DNA of 64,000 nucleotides from Hadesarchaea archaeon. GTDB taxonomy: Archaea > Hadarchaeota > Hadarchaeia > Hadarchaeales > WYZ-LMO6. The stretch spans positions 32,001 through 96,000 of the forward strand of contig JAPDJF010000003.1 of the NCBI GenBank assembly GCA_029259185.1. Reading direction: 5' to 3'. This document shows positions 1 to 9,516 of the stretch, piece after piece. A program made the position numbers and the translations under genes. The notes beneath the pieces are model-generated. The model was given only the letters and a program-made list of their open reading frames with translations, did no database searches and was not told the DNA's origin. Position 1 is the first letter of the stretch. The number at the start of each line of letters is the position of its first letter.

Positions 1-594
1 CTCGCCGAAGCCCTGAAGGTTTCTCCCTCGTTTATAAGTGACTATGAAAGCGGGAGGAGAAAATCGCCCGGTACTACCACTATAAAACGTATCGTCGAAA
101 CGCTTATCCGAGCGGATGAGGAACGTGGTGGAAAGATGATTCTGGCTTTCAAGGGGATGTTTGGTGCACACTTTTCACCAGATATCATCTTGGGTATCAC
201 CGAATTCAAGAAGCCCATCAACGGTCAAAGCGTTTGCAGGGCGGTGAACGGGAGGGTCGTAGCGAATCGGCATTTGCTCAACCGAAAGCTCTTCGGTTAT
301 ACCGTTATAGACAGCTACAAAGCCGTAATGAAGTTATCGGTTGATGAATTTAAACAGCTTTACGGGCTCAGTTCTGAACGTGCGCTTGTCTTCACCAGGG
401 TCACCACTGGGAGGACGCCCATGGTGGCCGTGAAGGTGATCGGTATCACTCCGGGAATGGTCGTGTTGCACGGGCCCCTAAAGCGTGTGGATCCCCTGGG
501 GATAAGGCTGGCGGAAAGCCTACACGTTCCTCTCGTTCACTCTCACGTGCCATCCGTCGACGAACTTTTAGAAAAGTTGAGACATCTGGAATGA
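1..594 (+). CDS. Archaeal XRE/HTH transcriptional regulator (5' truncated by window)
   Basis: Frame open from base 1: [24 protein letters not shown] (HTH_3-like), continuing into ORF 136..594. Confidence 0.8.
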   Translation, partial: LAEALKVSPSFISDYESGRRKSPGTTTIKRIVETLIRADEERGGKMILAFKGMFGAHFSPDIILGITEFKKPINGQSVCRAVNGRVVANRHLLNRKLFGYTVIDSYKAVMKLSVDEFKQLYGLSSERALVFTRVTTGRTPMVAVKVIGITPGMVVLHGPLKRVDPLGIRLAESLHVPLVHSHVPSVDELLEKLRHLE

Positions 595-635
595 AGCACT
601 CGTTGACAGCTCCATCAAAAGAGTGGCCTGGGAAA

Positions 636-644
636 TATTTAAAA
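636..644 (+). promoter_or_regulatory. TATA box for the HMG-CoA synthase operon
   Basis: TATTTAAAA preceded by purine-rich GGAAA, about 30 nt upstream of ATG 674. Confidence 0.5.
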
Positions 645-673
645 TCCCAGTTCAAAGGTTGCTTGAGGTCTGG

Positions 674-1723
674 ATGAAAGTCGGGATAGTAGGATATGGG
701 GGATACATACCCCGTTATCGCTTGAAGGTAGAGGAAATCGCGAAGGTGTGGGGGGTAAACCCGAGGCAGATCAAGAGGGGGTTGGGGGTAGAAGAGAAAT
801 CCGTGCCCGGTCCGGATGAGGATACTGTAACGATCTCGGTGGAGGCCGCTAGGAACGCCTTGAGGAGGGCGGGGATAGATCCGAGATCCATAGGGGCCGT
901 ATACGTGGGGTCCGAATCTCACCCTTACACGGTGAAACCCACCGCAACCATCGTGTCCGAGGCAATAGGAGCCACCCCCGAATTGACGGCGGCTGATTTC
1001 GAATTTGCTTGTAAAGCGGGTACGGCGGGGATCCAAGCGTGTATGGGGATGGTAGAATCCGGAATGATCAAGTACGGTTTGGCCGTGGGGGCCGATACCG
1101 CCCAGAGTAGCCCCGGCGATGCTTTGGAATATGCCGCGGCGGCAGGGGGGGCTGCTGTGATAGTGGGAAAAGCTGAGGATGATGCCTTGGCCATCATCGA
1201 GGGAACTTATTCGTACACCACGGATACCCCAGACTTCTGGCGCAGGGAGATGAAGCCGTATCCAAAGCATGGTGGGAGGTTCACGGGGAAGCCTGGGTAC
1301 TTCAAGCATACGCTCTCCGCAGCATACGGTCTGCTCAGGCAGCTGAAGCTGACTCCAAAGGACTTCGACCACGCGGTGTTCCATCAACCCAACGGGAAAT
1401 TTCCAGTAGAGGCGGCAAAGGAACTCGGATTTTCAATGGATCAGATTCGAGCAGGTCTCCTCGCGCCTAAGATAGGGAACACGTACTCTGGCTCTAGTTT
1501 GCTTGGACTCGCGTCCGTGCTTGATCAGTCGAAAGAGGGTGATAGGATCCTCTTGGTATCCTACGGTTCTGGAGCAGGGAGTGATGCTTTTAGCCTCATC
1601 GTGACCGAAAGCATAGAGTCCAAACGAGATCTCAGCCCCAAAATTTCAGATTTCATCGAGGACAAGGTTTACATCGACTATGCGACCTATTGTAAACTAA
1701 CACGGAAGTTGGTGAGGAAGTAA
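674..1723 (+). CDS. Hydroxymethylglutaryl-CoA synthase (archaeal)
   Basis: [13 protein letters not shown] start, EFACKAGT catalytic Cys, [16 protein letters not shown]; upstream of thiolase and DUF35. Confidence 0.95.
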   Translation: MKVGIVGYGGYIPRYRLKVEEIAKVWGVNPRQIKRGLGVEEKSVPGPDEDTVTISVEAARNALRRAGIDPRSIGAVYVGSESHPYTVKPTATIVSEAIGATPELTAADFEFACKAGTAGIQACMGMVESGMIKYGLAVGADTAQSSPGDALEYAAAAGGAAVIVGKAEDDALAIIEGTYSYTTDTPDFWRREMKPYPKHGGRFTGKPGYFKHTLSAAYGLLRQLKLTPKDFDHAVFHQPNGKFPVEAAKELGFSMDQIRAGLLAPKIGNTYSGSSLLGLASVLDQSKEGDRILLVSYGSGAGSDAFSLIVTESIESKRDLSPKISDFIEDKVYIDYATYCKLTRKLVRK

Positions 1724-2886
1724 TGAGAAGGGTAGCCTTGGTCGGGGTCGGTCAGACCAAATTCGGAGAGCTGTGGGACACATCTTTTAGACAGATGATA
1801 ATCGAGGCTGGGACGAGGGCCATCGAGGATGCGGGGATGGAGGGTGAGAAAATAGGAGCGATGTACGTGGGGAACATGTCGGCTGGGCAGTTCATCCATC
1901 AGGAGCACATAGCCTCCCTCATAGCCGATCACTCAGGACTAGCACCCATCCCTTGCACGAGGATCGAGGCTGCGTGTGCTTCGGGGGGGCTGGCGTTACG
2001 GGAGGCGATGATTGCAGTTGGCTCTGGGATTCATGATATCGTGGTCGCCGCTGGAATAGAGAAGATGACCGATGTGATTGCGGAACAGAGTCTCGAAGCA
2101 CTAGCCACGGTTTCTGATCAAGAGTGGGAAGCTTTCGTTGGTGCGACATTTCCGGCCCTTTTCGCCCTGATGGCCCGCAGGCACATGCACGAATTTGGGA
2201 CCACGGAGGAACAGATGGCGTTGGTAGCAGTGAAGAATCACCATAACGCTCGTCTCAACGCATACGCTCAGCATCACATCGAGATAACCGTTGACCAAGT
2301 TCTGCAGTCGCCGCCCATATGCTCACCATTGAAAATGCTCGAATGCGCATCGATCACCGATGGTGCCGCGTGCGTGATCCTTGCCCCGTTGGAGGAGGCG
2401 AGGAAGTACACGGATACTCCCATAGAGATAGTGGGAGCAGGACAGGCTAGCGATACCATAGCACTCCATGATCGTCAATCGCTCGTGAACCTTCGCTCAA
2501 CCCGTGAGGCAGCTAAGGCAGCCTACCAAATGGCGGGCTTGCGCCCGGAGGACGTAGATCTGGCTGAGGTACAGGATAGTACCACCATCTCAGAGATAAT
2601 AGCTATCGAAGACCTTGGTTTTTGCAAGAAGGGTGAAGGAGGGAAGGTCACCGAGGACGGCATGACAGCCATAGATGGAGCACTTCCCATAAATCCAAGC
2701 GGAGGTTTGAAGGGGAAGGGCCATCCCATAGGGGCTACCGGCATATCCCAGGCGGTTGAAATAGCACTTCAGCTCCGGGGGGAAGCGGGAAAGAGGCAGG
2801 TGAAGAATGCTGAGATAGGGTTGACCCACAACATAGGTGGAAGTGGGGGGACGGCAGTAGTTCACATATTCAGGAGGCAAGATTAA
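1723..2886 (+). CDS. Acetyl-CoA acetyltransferase (archaeal SCP2-type thiolase)
   Basis: [29 protein letters not shown]; canonical operon context. Confidence 0.93.
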   Translation: MRRVALVGVGQTKFGELWDTSFRQMIIEAGTRAIEDAGMEGEKIGAMYVGNMSAGQFIHQEHIASLIADHSGLAPIPCTRIEAACASGGLALREAMIAVGSGIHDIVVAAGIEKMTDVIAEQSLEALATVSDQEWEAFVGATFPALFALMARRHMHEFGTTEEQMALVAVKNHHNARLNAYAQHHIEITVDQVLQSPPICSPLKMLECASITDGAACVILAPLEEARKYTDTPIEIVGAGQASDTIALHDRQSLVNLRSTREAAKAAYQMAGLRPEDVDLAEVQDSTTISEIIAIEDLGFCKKGEGGKVTEDGMTAIDGALPINPSGGLKGKGHPIGATGISQAVEIALQLRGEAGKRQVKNAEIGLTHNIGGSGGTAVVHIFRRQD

Positions 2887-3302
2887 TGCACGTACCACGT
2901 TTCTGGAGGGAGATACCGAACCGGTACAATCTGATAGGGACCAAATGTAATCACTGTAACAAGGTGTTTTTCCCGCCTAGAGCCATATGTCCGAATTGTA
3001 GAAGGGTGGGGAATCTAGAACCGTGCAAGCTTGAGGGGAAGGGAAAGGTTCTCTCCTTTACGGTGGTACATGTTGCCCCTCAAGACTTCAAGGACCAAGT
3101 CCCCTACGTGTTAGCCATAATCGAGCTCAAGGAGGGGCCGAAGCTCATGGCTCAGGTCACCGATTGTGATCCCGATGAGGTGGAAATCGGAGCCGAAGTC
3201 GAAATAACCTTCAGGAGGATAAAGGAGGATAGCGAGGAGGGAATAATCCACTACGGACCCAAAGCCAAACTCTTGAGGTCTAAACCCTCCGAGCAAACGT
3301 GA
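2886..3302 (+). CDS. DUF35 Zn-ribbon/OB-fold scaffold of the thiolase-HMGCS complex
   Basis: CNHC...CPNC Zn ribbon followed by OB-fold; context. Confidence 0.92.
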   Translation: MHVPRFWREIPNRYNLIGTKCNHCNKVFFPPRAICPNCRRVGNLEPCKLEGKGKVLSFTVVHVAPQDFKDQVPYVLAIIELKEGPKLMAQVTDCDPDEVEIGAEVEITFRRIKEDSEEGIIHYGPKAKLLRSKPSEQT

Positions 3303-4038
3303 GATACCCCGTGTGGGCTACCATTCTTGTCTTGGGTCTTGTAGCTCCCGGTTTTACTTCGAATTCTCTGACCAAGCATTCGATCGTTTTGAGGTTCGTG
3401 AATTTGTATGCGGGGAACTCGGAGTAAAGACGTTGAACGTGTTCGATGCAGGGGGTAAAGGCAGCTAGGTATCCACCCGGCTTTAAGGCCACCTCAGCAT
3501 GAGGTAGCACCTTTTCAGGAGTTGGGATGTCGAGGGTTACTAAGTCGAGGTCCTCCTCCTCTATACCCTCACATATGTCTTTAAGCTTGATCTCGATGAT
3601 CTTCTCGAGCCCTGCCATACGTACATTCTCCATCGCGACACGGGCGAAGTCTTCCCTCACTTCGTAGCTCACCACCCTACCCCCGGGTTTTACGAGGTTT
3701 CCCAGAAAAATAGCCAATGAGCCCGAACCCGTTCCCCCATCCACCACTCTGTCTCCCGGTCCAACTCCTGTGTATGCCACTATCTGGGCAGCGTCTTTGG
3801 GGAGCACTATTTGGGGCAGCCTGCGTATCTTTTGCAAGATGTCACTCATCCTAGGCTGAAGGACCGTGAATTCTCTTCCCATATGGGACTTCAGCTTGTC
3901 ACCGAACGGGATCCCTATCGCGCTACCTAGGTCCACGACTCCAAGATCCGTGTGGATGGGTTTCCTAGTTGCGCGCACCAAGTACTTTCTCCCCAGTTCA
4001 TCGATCAAGAGAATGCGTTGACCTTCCGTAACCCGCAT
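3280..4038 (-). CDS. trmI: tRNA (adenine-N1)-methyltransferase TrmI
   Basis: PQIVLPKD, DGGTGSG, YEVREDF, TRP..RMVAHTGYL. Confidence 0.93.
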   Translation of the reverse strand: MRVTEGQRILLIDELGRKYLVRATRKPIHTDLGVVDLGSAIGIPFGDKLKSHMGREFTVLQPRMSDILQKIRRLPQIVLPKDAAQIVAYTGVGPGDRVVDGGTGSGSLAIFLGNLVKPGGRVVSYEVREDFARVAMENVRMAGLEKIIEIKLKDICEGIEEEDLDLVTLDIPTPEKVLPHAEVALKPGGYLAAFTPCIEHVQRLYSEFPAYKFTNLKTIECLVREFEVKPGATRPKTRMVAHTGYLTFARRV

Positions 4039-4087
4039 AGTTCTTTCATTTATTAACTCCGTTTACATTTAAAAATGGACAAAGGGG

Positions 4088-4972
4088 ATGGGGTTGGATC
4101 TTACCCGACATCTCAAAGAGTGGAGTCCGCGCAGGATGGCACTTATCCCGCTAGCGATAGCCCTCTTTTTCTCGTGTAGCCTTTTGGTTTTCAACATCCC
4201 GCTGGGGAGGGACTTCAGAGGAGGAACACTGATTCAAGTGAGGGGACTCGAGACCGCTCCGTCCGTTGAGAACATCCAGTTATTGGCGAGCCACTTGCTC
4301 GGAGCGAGCGTTGAGGTTCAACTCACCGAGTACGGGGGGACATTCGGTGTTGATATCGAGGCAGACAATCGTGATCTCTCCGATGGGGTGAGGGAAGAGC
4401 TTGAGAACGCTCTCGCGAATACATTGGGGATAAGTGCGGATAAGGTTGGTGTGTACAACATGGGATCCGTGTTGACAGAAATCTCGAAGGGTCAAGCAAA
4501 GAACGCGATAATCGCGGCCTCTATCGCTATGGCGATTATCGTGTTCATTAACTTTAGGAGGGGCGTGCTTGTGAGTTCCATGCTCGTGTCCATAGGGTTG
4601 GACGCGTTGGATGCCCTCGGTTGTATGGCGATTTTTGGTGTACCGCTGAGCATAGCATCTGTTGCTGGATTCTTGATGCTCATAGGATACTCTGTGGACA
4701 CGAACGTTCTGTTGGTAACTCAAGTCGAGCGGGGAATCTCCGGAACGCCGAGAGAGCAGGCGGCCTCAGCGATGAAAACAGGTCTAACGATGAGCATCAC
4801 CACACTGACGGTTCTCATCGCACTGAACATTCTGACTACCTCCCCCACCATCGCGGAACTGACATACGTTTTGATCTTCGGGGTGATATTCGATATCATC
4901 AACACTTGGTTCTTCAATGCGAGTGTTGTCATCTCAAGAAAGAAGAGGAGGGAAATACCTGTTGCTCTCTAA
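4088..4972 (+). CDS. secF: Protein translocase subunit SecF
   Basis: GRDFRGGT, LIGYSVDTNV, multiple TM helices. Confidence 0.9.
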   Translation: MGLDLTRHLKEWSPRRMALIPLAIALFFSCSLLVFNIPLGRDFRGGTLIQVRGLETAPSVENIQLLASHLLGASVEVQLTEYGGTFGVDIEADNRDLSDGVREELENALANTLGISADKVGVYNMGSVLTEISKGQAKNAIIAASIAMAIIVFINFRRGVLVSSMLVSIGLDALDALGCMAIFGVPLSIASVAGFLMLIGYSVDTNVLLVTQVERGISGTPREQAASAMKTGLTMSITTLTVLIALNILTTSPTIAELTYVLIFGVIFDIINTWFFNASVVISRKKRREIPVAL

Positions 4973-6809
4973 AGACAAATACGTGCTCCTCACCCTGTTT
5001 TTGGTAGTCCTCTCTACACTCTCGATCTGGAGACCATGGGTACCCGTGGACGAGAGAGCAGAAAACACGATGGGGGTGGTGAGTCACTTCACCCGGGGGC
5101 TGAATTTCGGTGTAGATATAGTTGGTGGCTCTAGGATAATCCTAGCTCTAGAGGCATCCCACCTCACCATACATCTCCCCCCAGATGACCCTGAAAACAA
5201 GTATCGAAAGGTGTGTGAACTGCTTGAGGATCGCCTCTTCACCAGGGTTCTGCCCGTAGACGCAGAAGGAAAGCTAATTTCTTCTGGTCTCCCCTACGAT
5301 CCCGTGACGAACATCGCTATCATTGAAATAGGTCTGCCAGCCACAGGAGGCGTGTTGAGTTCGATCGAGAACCTAATAGGTGATCTCGTTGAGATAGTGA
5401 AAATCGAAAACGCGGTGTGCGGTGATACCCGTGACGAGGTGATAGAAATCCTGAAGAACCGGGTGGATCCCACCGGCACGCGCGGGGCCGTGTTGAAGTC
5501 ATTGGGTGCGAACCTCGTTCTCTACGAGATTCCGGAACTCACTCCTCAGGAGGCTGAAGTCCTGCTGGGTAGACGGGGGGAACTCGAGATATTCTTTGAA
5601 AACCAACGAGTGCTCCAAGGTGGTGATATAATCAGAGTGGATCCCCCCCATCCGAGTCTGGAGAAGACCAACACGGTGGAACTCCCGTTCAGACTAACCG
5701 ATGATGGTGCTGAAAGGTTCAGGAATGCGGCGGCGGGAAAACCTAATTATCCCACCGTGGTGTACGTCGACCGCCCCAAGGATGGAGTGATTCTCTTCGA
5801 CGAATCCATTCTAGATCACCTCCACCGCTTCACCTATGATTCTTCTGCTTACATGTTTAAGGCCACGGGGATGCCTTCGGAGGGTGGTGGATATTATCTC
5901 CAAGTTCCAGCGGTTGGAACTCCGAAGGATGCTCTCTCAACCGATGCATTACGATTTCTGGAAGCTCAATCGGGGATCAAACTCAGAATCCTCTTAATCG
6001 GAGAATTCTCCCAGCGGGTGATAGGAAGCATTCCAAAGGGGTACTCGGTAGAGAACGTGGCGAGACTTACGGAGGTCGAGGATTGGATAAAGCAAGCGTG
6101 CGGATGTGAGAGCGTGATTACCATCAGCCCGGCGCTTGCTCAAGAGTTTGCAGAGGGAAAGGTGGTCAGAGACCTTGAGATAACCATCACGAGAGCATCG
6201 GTTGAGGAAGCGATGCGAGAAGCCAAAAACTTGAGAACAATTCTGACTCAGACCCTTCCGGTAAGTATCTCTATCGAAGGAGAAACAGCGATAGAACCGA
6301 GGTTGGGGTCCATGTTCTTTAAGGAGATCGTGTGGGCGGGGATCATATCCCTTGTCGGGGTGGGACTAGTTATTTATCTCCGGTACAGGTGGTTGAGGAT
6401 AAGCTTGGCCATCATGGGGGCGATGATATGTGAGCTCATCATCACCTTGGGTATAGCCTCCGTTCTTCCTTATAACATGGATCTCGCGGAGCTTGGAGGA
6501 GTAATATTGGTAATAGGTACGGGTGTCGATTCACAGATAATCATTACGGACGAGCTAATGCGTGAAATGATTCCGTTCGTGAGACGGCCGAGCATGACCG
6601 AGCGAATAAAGAGGGCGTTCAGGGTGATATGGGGTTCCGCTTTGACCACGCTCGTGGCGATGATAGCGTTAGCCACCCTTGGTTTCGGAGCGATGCGTGG
6701 GTTCGCCATCATCACTTTGCTCGGTATACTCGTCTCGGTGCTTATCACGAGACCATTTTATGCTAGGGTCGCGAGCAATATTATACCCGGAAAATCAAGT
6801 ATGGGGTGA
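4962..6809 (+). CDS. secD: Protein translocase subunit SecD
   Basis: GLNFGVDIVGGSRI, GTGVDSQIII, RGFAI; TTG start after GAGGAGG inferred. Confidence 0.9.
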   Translation: MLSKDKYVLLTLFLVVLSTLSIWRPWVPVDERAENTMGVVSHFTRGLNFGVDIVGGSRIILALEASHLTIHLPPDDPENKYRKVCELLEDRLFTRVLPVDAEGKLISSGLPYDPVTNIAIIEIGLPATGGVLSSIENLIGDLVEIVKIENAVCGDTRDEVIEILKNRVDPTGTRGAVLKSLGANLVLYEIPELTPQEAEVLLGRRGELEIFFENQRVLQGGDIIRVDPPHPSLEKTNTVELPFRLTDDGAERFRNAAAGKPNYPTVVYVDRPKDGVILFDESILDHLHRFTYDSSAYMFKATGMPSEGGGYYLQVPAVGTPKDALSTDALRFLEAQSGIKLRILLIGEFSQRVIGSIPKGYSVENVARLTEVEDWIKQACGCESVITISPALAQEFAEGKVVRDLEITITRASVEEAMREAKNLRTILTQTLPVSISIEGETAIEPRLGSMFFKEIVWAGIISLVGVGLVIYLRYRWLRISLAIMGAMICELIITLGIASVLPYNMDLAELGGVILVIGTGVDSQIIITDELMREMIPFVRRPSMTERIKRAFRVIWGSALTTLVAMIALATLGFGAMRGFAIITLLGILVSVLITRPFYARVASNIIPGKSSMG

Positions 6810-6813
6810 GAGA

Positions 6814-7635
6814 ATGATCAGGGTGTCCCTGTGTGGGGCGTGTGGGCGGATGGGTAAAACCATAGTTCAAAAGATATCGAAACAAGAGGACATGAAGCTC
6901 GTGGCAGCGATCGATGCACCCCACACACCGTTGAAGGGAAAGGATGTAGGTGAGGTCGCAGGGGTGGGTAGGCTCGGGGTTGAAGTGGTGGGGGCGGATG
7001 AACTTGAGAGAGTCTTGGCGGAGACGAAGCCCGATGTGCTCGTGGACTTTACGATGGCAGAAGCAGCCGTTAGCAACATCAAAACGGCAGCCAAACTCAA
7101 GGTTCCAATCGTCGTTGGGACTACCGGGTTCTCGACGGGACAGATGGAAGAGATCCGGAGTGTTGTTAGGAATGCCAACATCCCTGCTTTGCTCGCTCCG
7201 AACATGTCCGTAGGTGTTAATGTCTTCTTTAAAATCCTCAGCGAGATGGCAAGGATTTTGGGAAAGGATTACGATGTGGAGGTGGTGGAGATCCATCACC
7301 GTGGTAAACTCGATTCTCCAAGCGGTACGGCACTCAAAGCGGCGAAGATCGTGGCGGAGGAGTTCGGACGCGGCGAAGGAGCCGTGAAGATTGGAAGGTC
7401 CGCTGGAAAATCGAAGAGGGGTGGGGAGGTGTGTATTCATTCGATTCGGGTAGGAGACGTGGTGGGTGAACACACAGCGATATTTGCCGGACCAGGTGAG
7501 AGAATGGAGCTTACCCACCGGGCACACAGCAGGGAAGCCTTCGCGGAAGGGGTGATAAAAGCCATCCGGTTCTTAGTGAAGGAGGGGAAACCTGGGGCGA
7601 TCCTTGGTATGGAAAACGTGTTGGGTCTGAAGTAG
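6814..7635 (+). CDS. dapB: 4-hydroxy-tetrahydrodipicolinate reductase
   Basis: GACGRMG, VGTTG, EIHHRGKLDSPSGTA. Confidence 0.96.
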   Translation: MIRVSLCGACGRMGKTIVQKISKQEDMKLVAAIDAPHTPLKGKDVGEVAGVGRLGVEVVGADELERVLAETKPDVLVDFTMAEAAVSNIKTAAKLKVPIVVGTTGFSTGQMEEIRSVVRNANIPALLAPNMSVGVNVFFKILSEMARILGKDYDVEVVEIHHRGKLDSPSGTALKAAKIVAEEFGRGEGAVKIGRSAGKSKRGGEVCIHSIRVGDVVGEHTAIFAGPGERMELTHRAHSREAFAEGVIKAIRFLVKEGKPGAILGMENVLGLK

Positions 7636-7643
7636 GTGATCGG

Positions 7644-7853
7644 ATGCCTAACTGTATCCTTTGCGAGCATCTCATGATTGATGGTGATGAGTATCTCTGT
7701 AAGGTGAAAGGAAAGCTCGACCTCCCGACTTGGCTTCTCCATCGATTTTCACCTTGTTGCGGCTGGAGCAGGTGTTCATCCTTTGATTATCTCCTCTTTT
7801 TGGAGATGGGGAAGATAGGAAAGGGGTGCACGAGTTTCAAGCGGAAGCACTAA
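7644..7853 (+). CDS. Small Cys-rich hypothetical protein
   Basis: 69 aa, CxxCxH N-terminus, AGGTGAT RBS, directly after dapB. Confidence 0.55.
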   Translation: MPNCILCEHLMIDGDEYLCKVKGKLDLPTWLLHRFSPCCGWSRCSSFDYLLFLEMGKIGKGCTSFKRKH

Positions 7854-7969
7854 GATGTGCCGGGTCTGTGGTAAGGACATTTTATCCCCCTCTTGCAAAA
7901 TCTACATTTCTCTGGGGGCGGGGGGGAGGGGAGAGGTTTTACCATGCGTCCGTACTTCCTCCGGGGCAT
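7850..7969 (-). CDS. Putative 39-aa zinc-finger microprotein
   Basis: Hand translation MPRRKYGRMVKPLPSPPPPEKCRFCKRGIKCPYHRPGTS; fills the gap; TTTTTATG upstream. Confidence 0.45.
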   Translation of the reverse strand: MPRRKYGRMVKPLPSPPPPEKCRFCKRGIKCPYHRPGTS

Positions 7970-8037
7970 AGGGGCACGCAAATCAATTAATGCATCAACA
8001 CATAAAAAGTTCCGCGACGAGTAGGAAAAGGAAACCG

Positions 8038-9168
8038 ATGAGGATTCCCGTCGGAATACTCGGTGCTACGGGCGAAGTGGGGCAGAAATTCGTGCTCAAC
8101 CTGCAGGAGCATCCTTGGTTCGAGATAGTGGGTTTGTACGCCTCCAAGCGGTCTGCAGGAAGGACCTATGGGAAGGCTTTGAATTATGGGGAAGAGACCT
8201 CTAGGTGGTTCTGTGCAGGGGAGCCCAAGCGGGATATATTGGATATCCAGGTTGGCAATGTGGACGAACCGGATGAGGGTATAGATCTATTCTTTTCTGC
8301 CCTGCCTTCGGAGGCTGCGTTGGACGTAGAAGGGAAAATCGCGAAAAAAAAACCCGTGATCAGTACGGCCTCTGCGTACAGATACTTTGACGATAGCTTC
8401 GTGTTCCTTCCCGGGGTTAACGAGTCCCATGCCGGGATGATAAAGATCCAACGAGAAAGGAGAGGGTGGAAAGGTTTCGTAGTGCCCCAGCCGAATTGTA
8501 CTACGATAGGACTCGCTATGTCCCTCAAGCCCATATATGCAGACTTTGGGCTCCGGCGAGTTATCATGGTGTCCATGCAGGCGGTTTCCGGAGCGGGATA
8601 CGAGGCGGTGGGTAAGTGGGCGGAGCAAAGAAAGATTCAGGGAATCGAGCTTCCCCGGCCGCTAGAGGAGTTCATCCCCAACACCTTCGAGGGGAATGTT
8701 ATCCCTCATATACCAAAAGAGGAGGAGAAGGTAAAGCGTGAAACTCTGAAGCTCCTCGGGGAGTTCGATGGGGAGAGGATAAAGCAAGCGAGCTTTCAGA
8801 TAGCTTGTAAATGCAATCGCGTCCCCGTGCTTGAGGGGCACACGGAATCCGTGTTCATCGAGACCGAGAGGAAGTGTGGTGTGAACGAGCTGAAGGAGAG
8901 CTGGAGAAAATACCGGGGTGAGGCTCAGAGACTGAACCTCCCTTCCGCTTCTCCTCATCCGATTGTGGTCAAAGATGAAGTCGATAGGCCCCAACCGAGA
9001 TTCGATGCCAACACAGAGGGTGGGATGTGTGTAGTCATCGGTGGGGTCGAAAGCAACGTTTTCGAAAATGGCTTCCAGTACACCGTGCTTTCACACAACA
9101 CAGAACTTGGTGCGGCGAAGGGGGCTGTGCTGGCTGCGGAGTATTTGCTCAAAACAGGATGGATCTAA
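8038..9168 (+). CDS. asd: Aspartate-semialdehyde dehydrogenase
   Basis: GILGATGEVG, PNCTT, QAVSGAG, CNRVPVLEGH, HNTELGAA. Confidence 0.95.
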   Translation: MRIPVGILGATGEVGQKFVLNLQEHPWFEIVGLYASKRSAGRTYGKALNYGEETSRWFCAGEPKRDILDIQVGNVDEPDEGIDLFFSALPSEAALDVEGKIAKKKPVISTASAYRYFDDSFVFLPGVNESHAGMIKIQRERRGWKGFVVPQPNCTTIGLAMSLKPIYADFGLRRVIMVSMQAVSGAGYEAVGKWAEQRKIQGIELPRPLEEFIPNTFEGNVIPHIPKEEEKVKRETLKLLGEFDGERIKQASFQIACKCNRVPVLEGHTESVFIETERKCGVNELKESWRKYRGEAQRLNLPSASPHPIVVKDEVDRPQPRFDANTEGGMCVVIGGVESNVFENGFQYTVLSHNTELGAAKGAVLAAEYLLKTGWI

Positions 9169-9240
9169 GACCATACTGGATTTAGAACATCTCAATAGCT
9201 TTTGAAAGCATCTCCTGGACTCAAGACCAGATGTCTAGGA

Positions 9241-9399
9241 TGGTAGCGGGGGCTGGACTTGAACCAGCGACTTCCGGCACCCACGTTTTGCGCGGGCGTC
9301 TCCGGGTCTCGCAGAGGTTTGGGTTCTCCTATGAGCCCGGCGGGCACTCCACGCTGCCTTGGGGGCAGAGTAGGTGCTCTACTTCTGCTCTACCCCGCT
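9241..9399 (-). tRNA. Initiator tRNA-Met (CAT) with three introns; CCA encoded
   Basis: Exons 9399-9390, 9358-9330, 9307-9300 and 9271-9241 join into a 78-nt cloverleaf with A1:U72 and G29-31:C39-41. Confidence 0.92.
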
Positions 9400-9516
9400 A
9401 CAATAACTCCCCGCTACCGTAGGTTGGTTTTACTTCTCGGGATAAATGATTTACGTATCCACCTCAGGCTCCCTAAGGGCATCTCCACTTAAATAACTGG
9501 AAGAGAGACTGAGCTT

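Noticed and set aside
446-1387. Long antisense ORFs opposite conserved genes (also 6781-7527, 12370-13053, 29722-30606, 49604-50254)
   Set aside because: Shadows of well-conserved sense genes, with no motifs
9231-9492. ORFs of 63 and 77 aa
   Set aside because: They overlap the tRNA gene on the opposite strand
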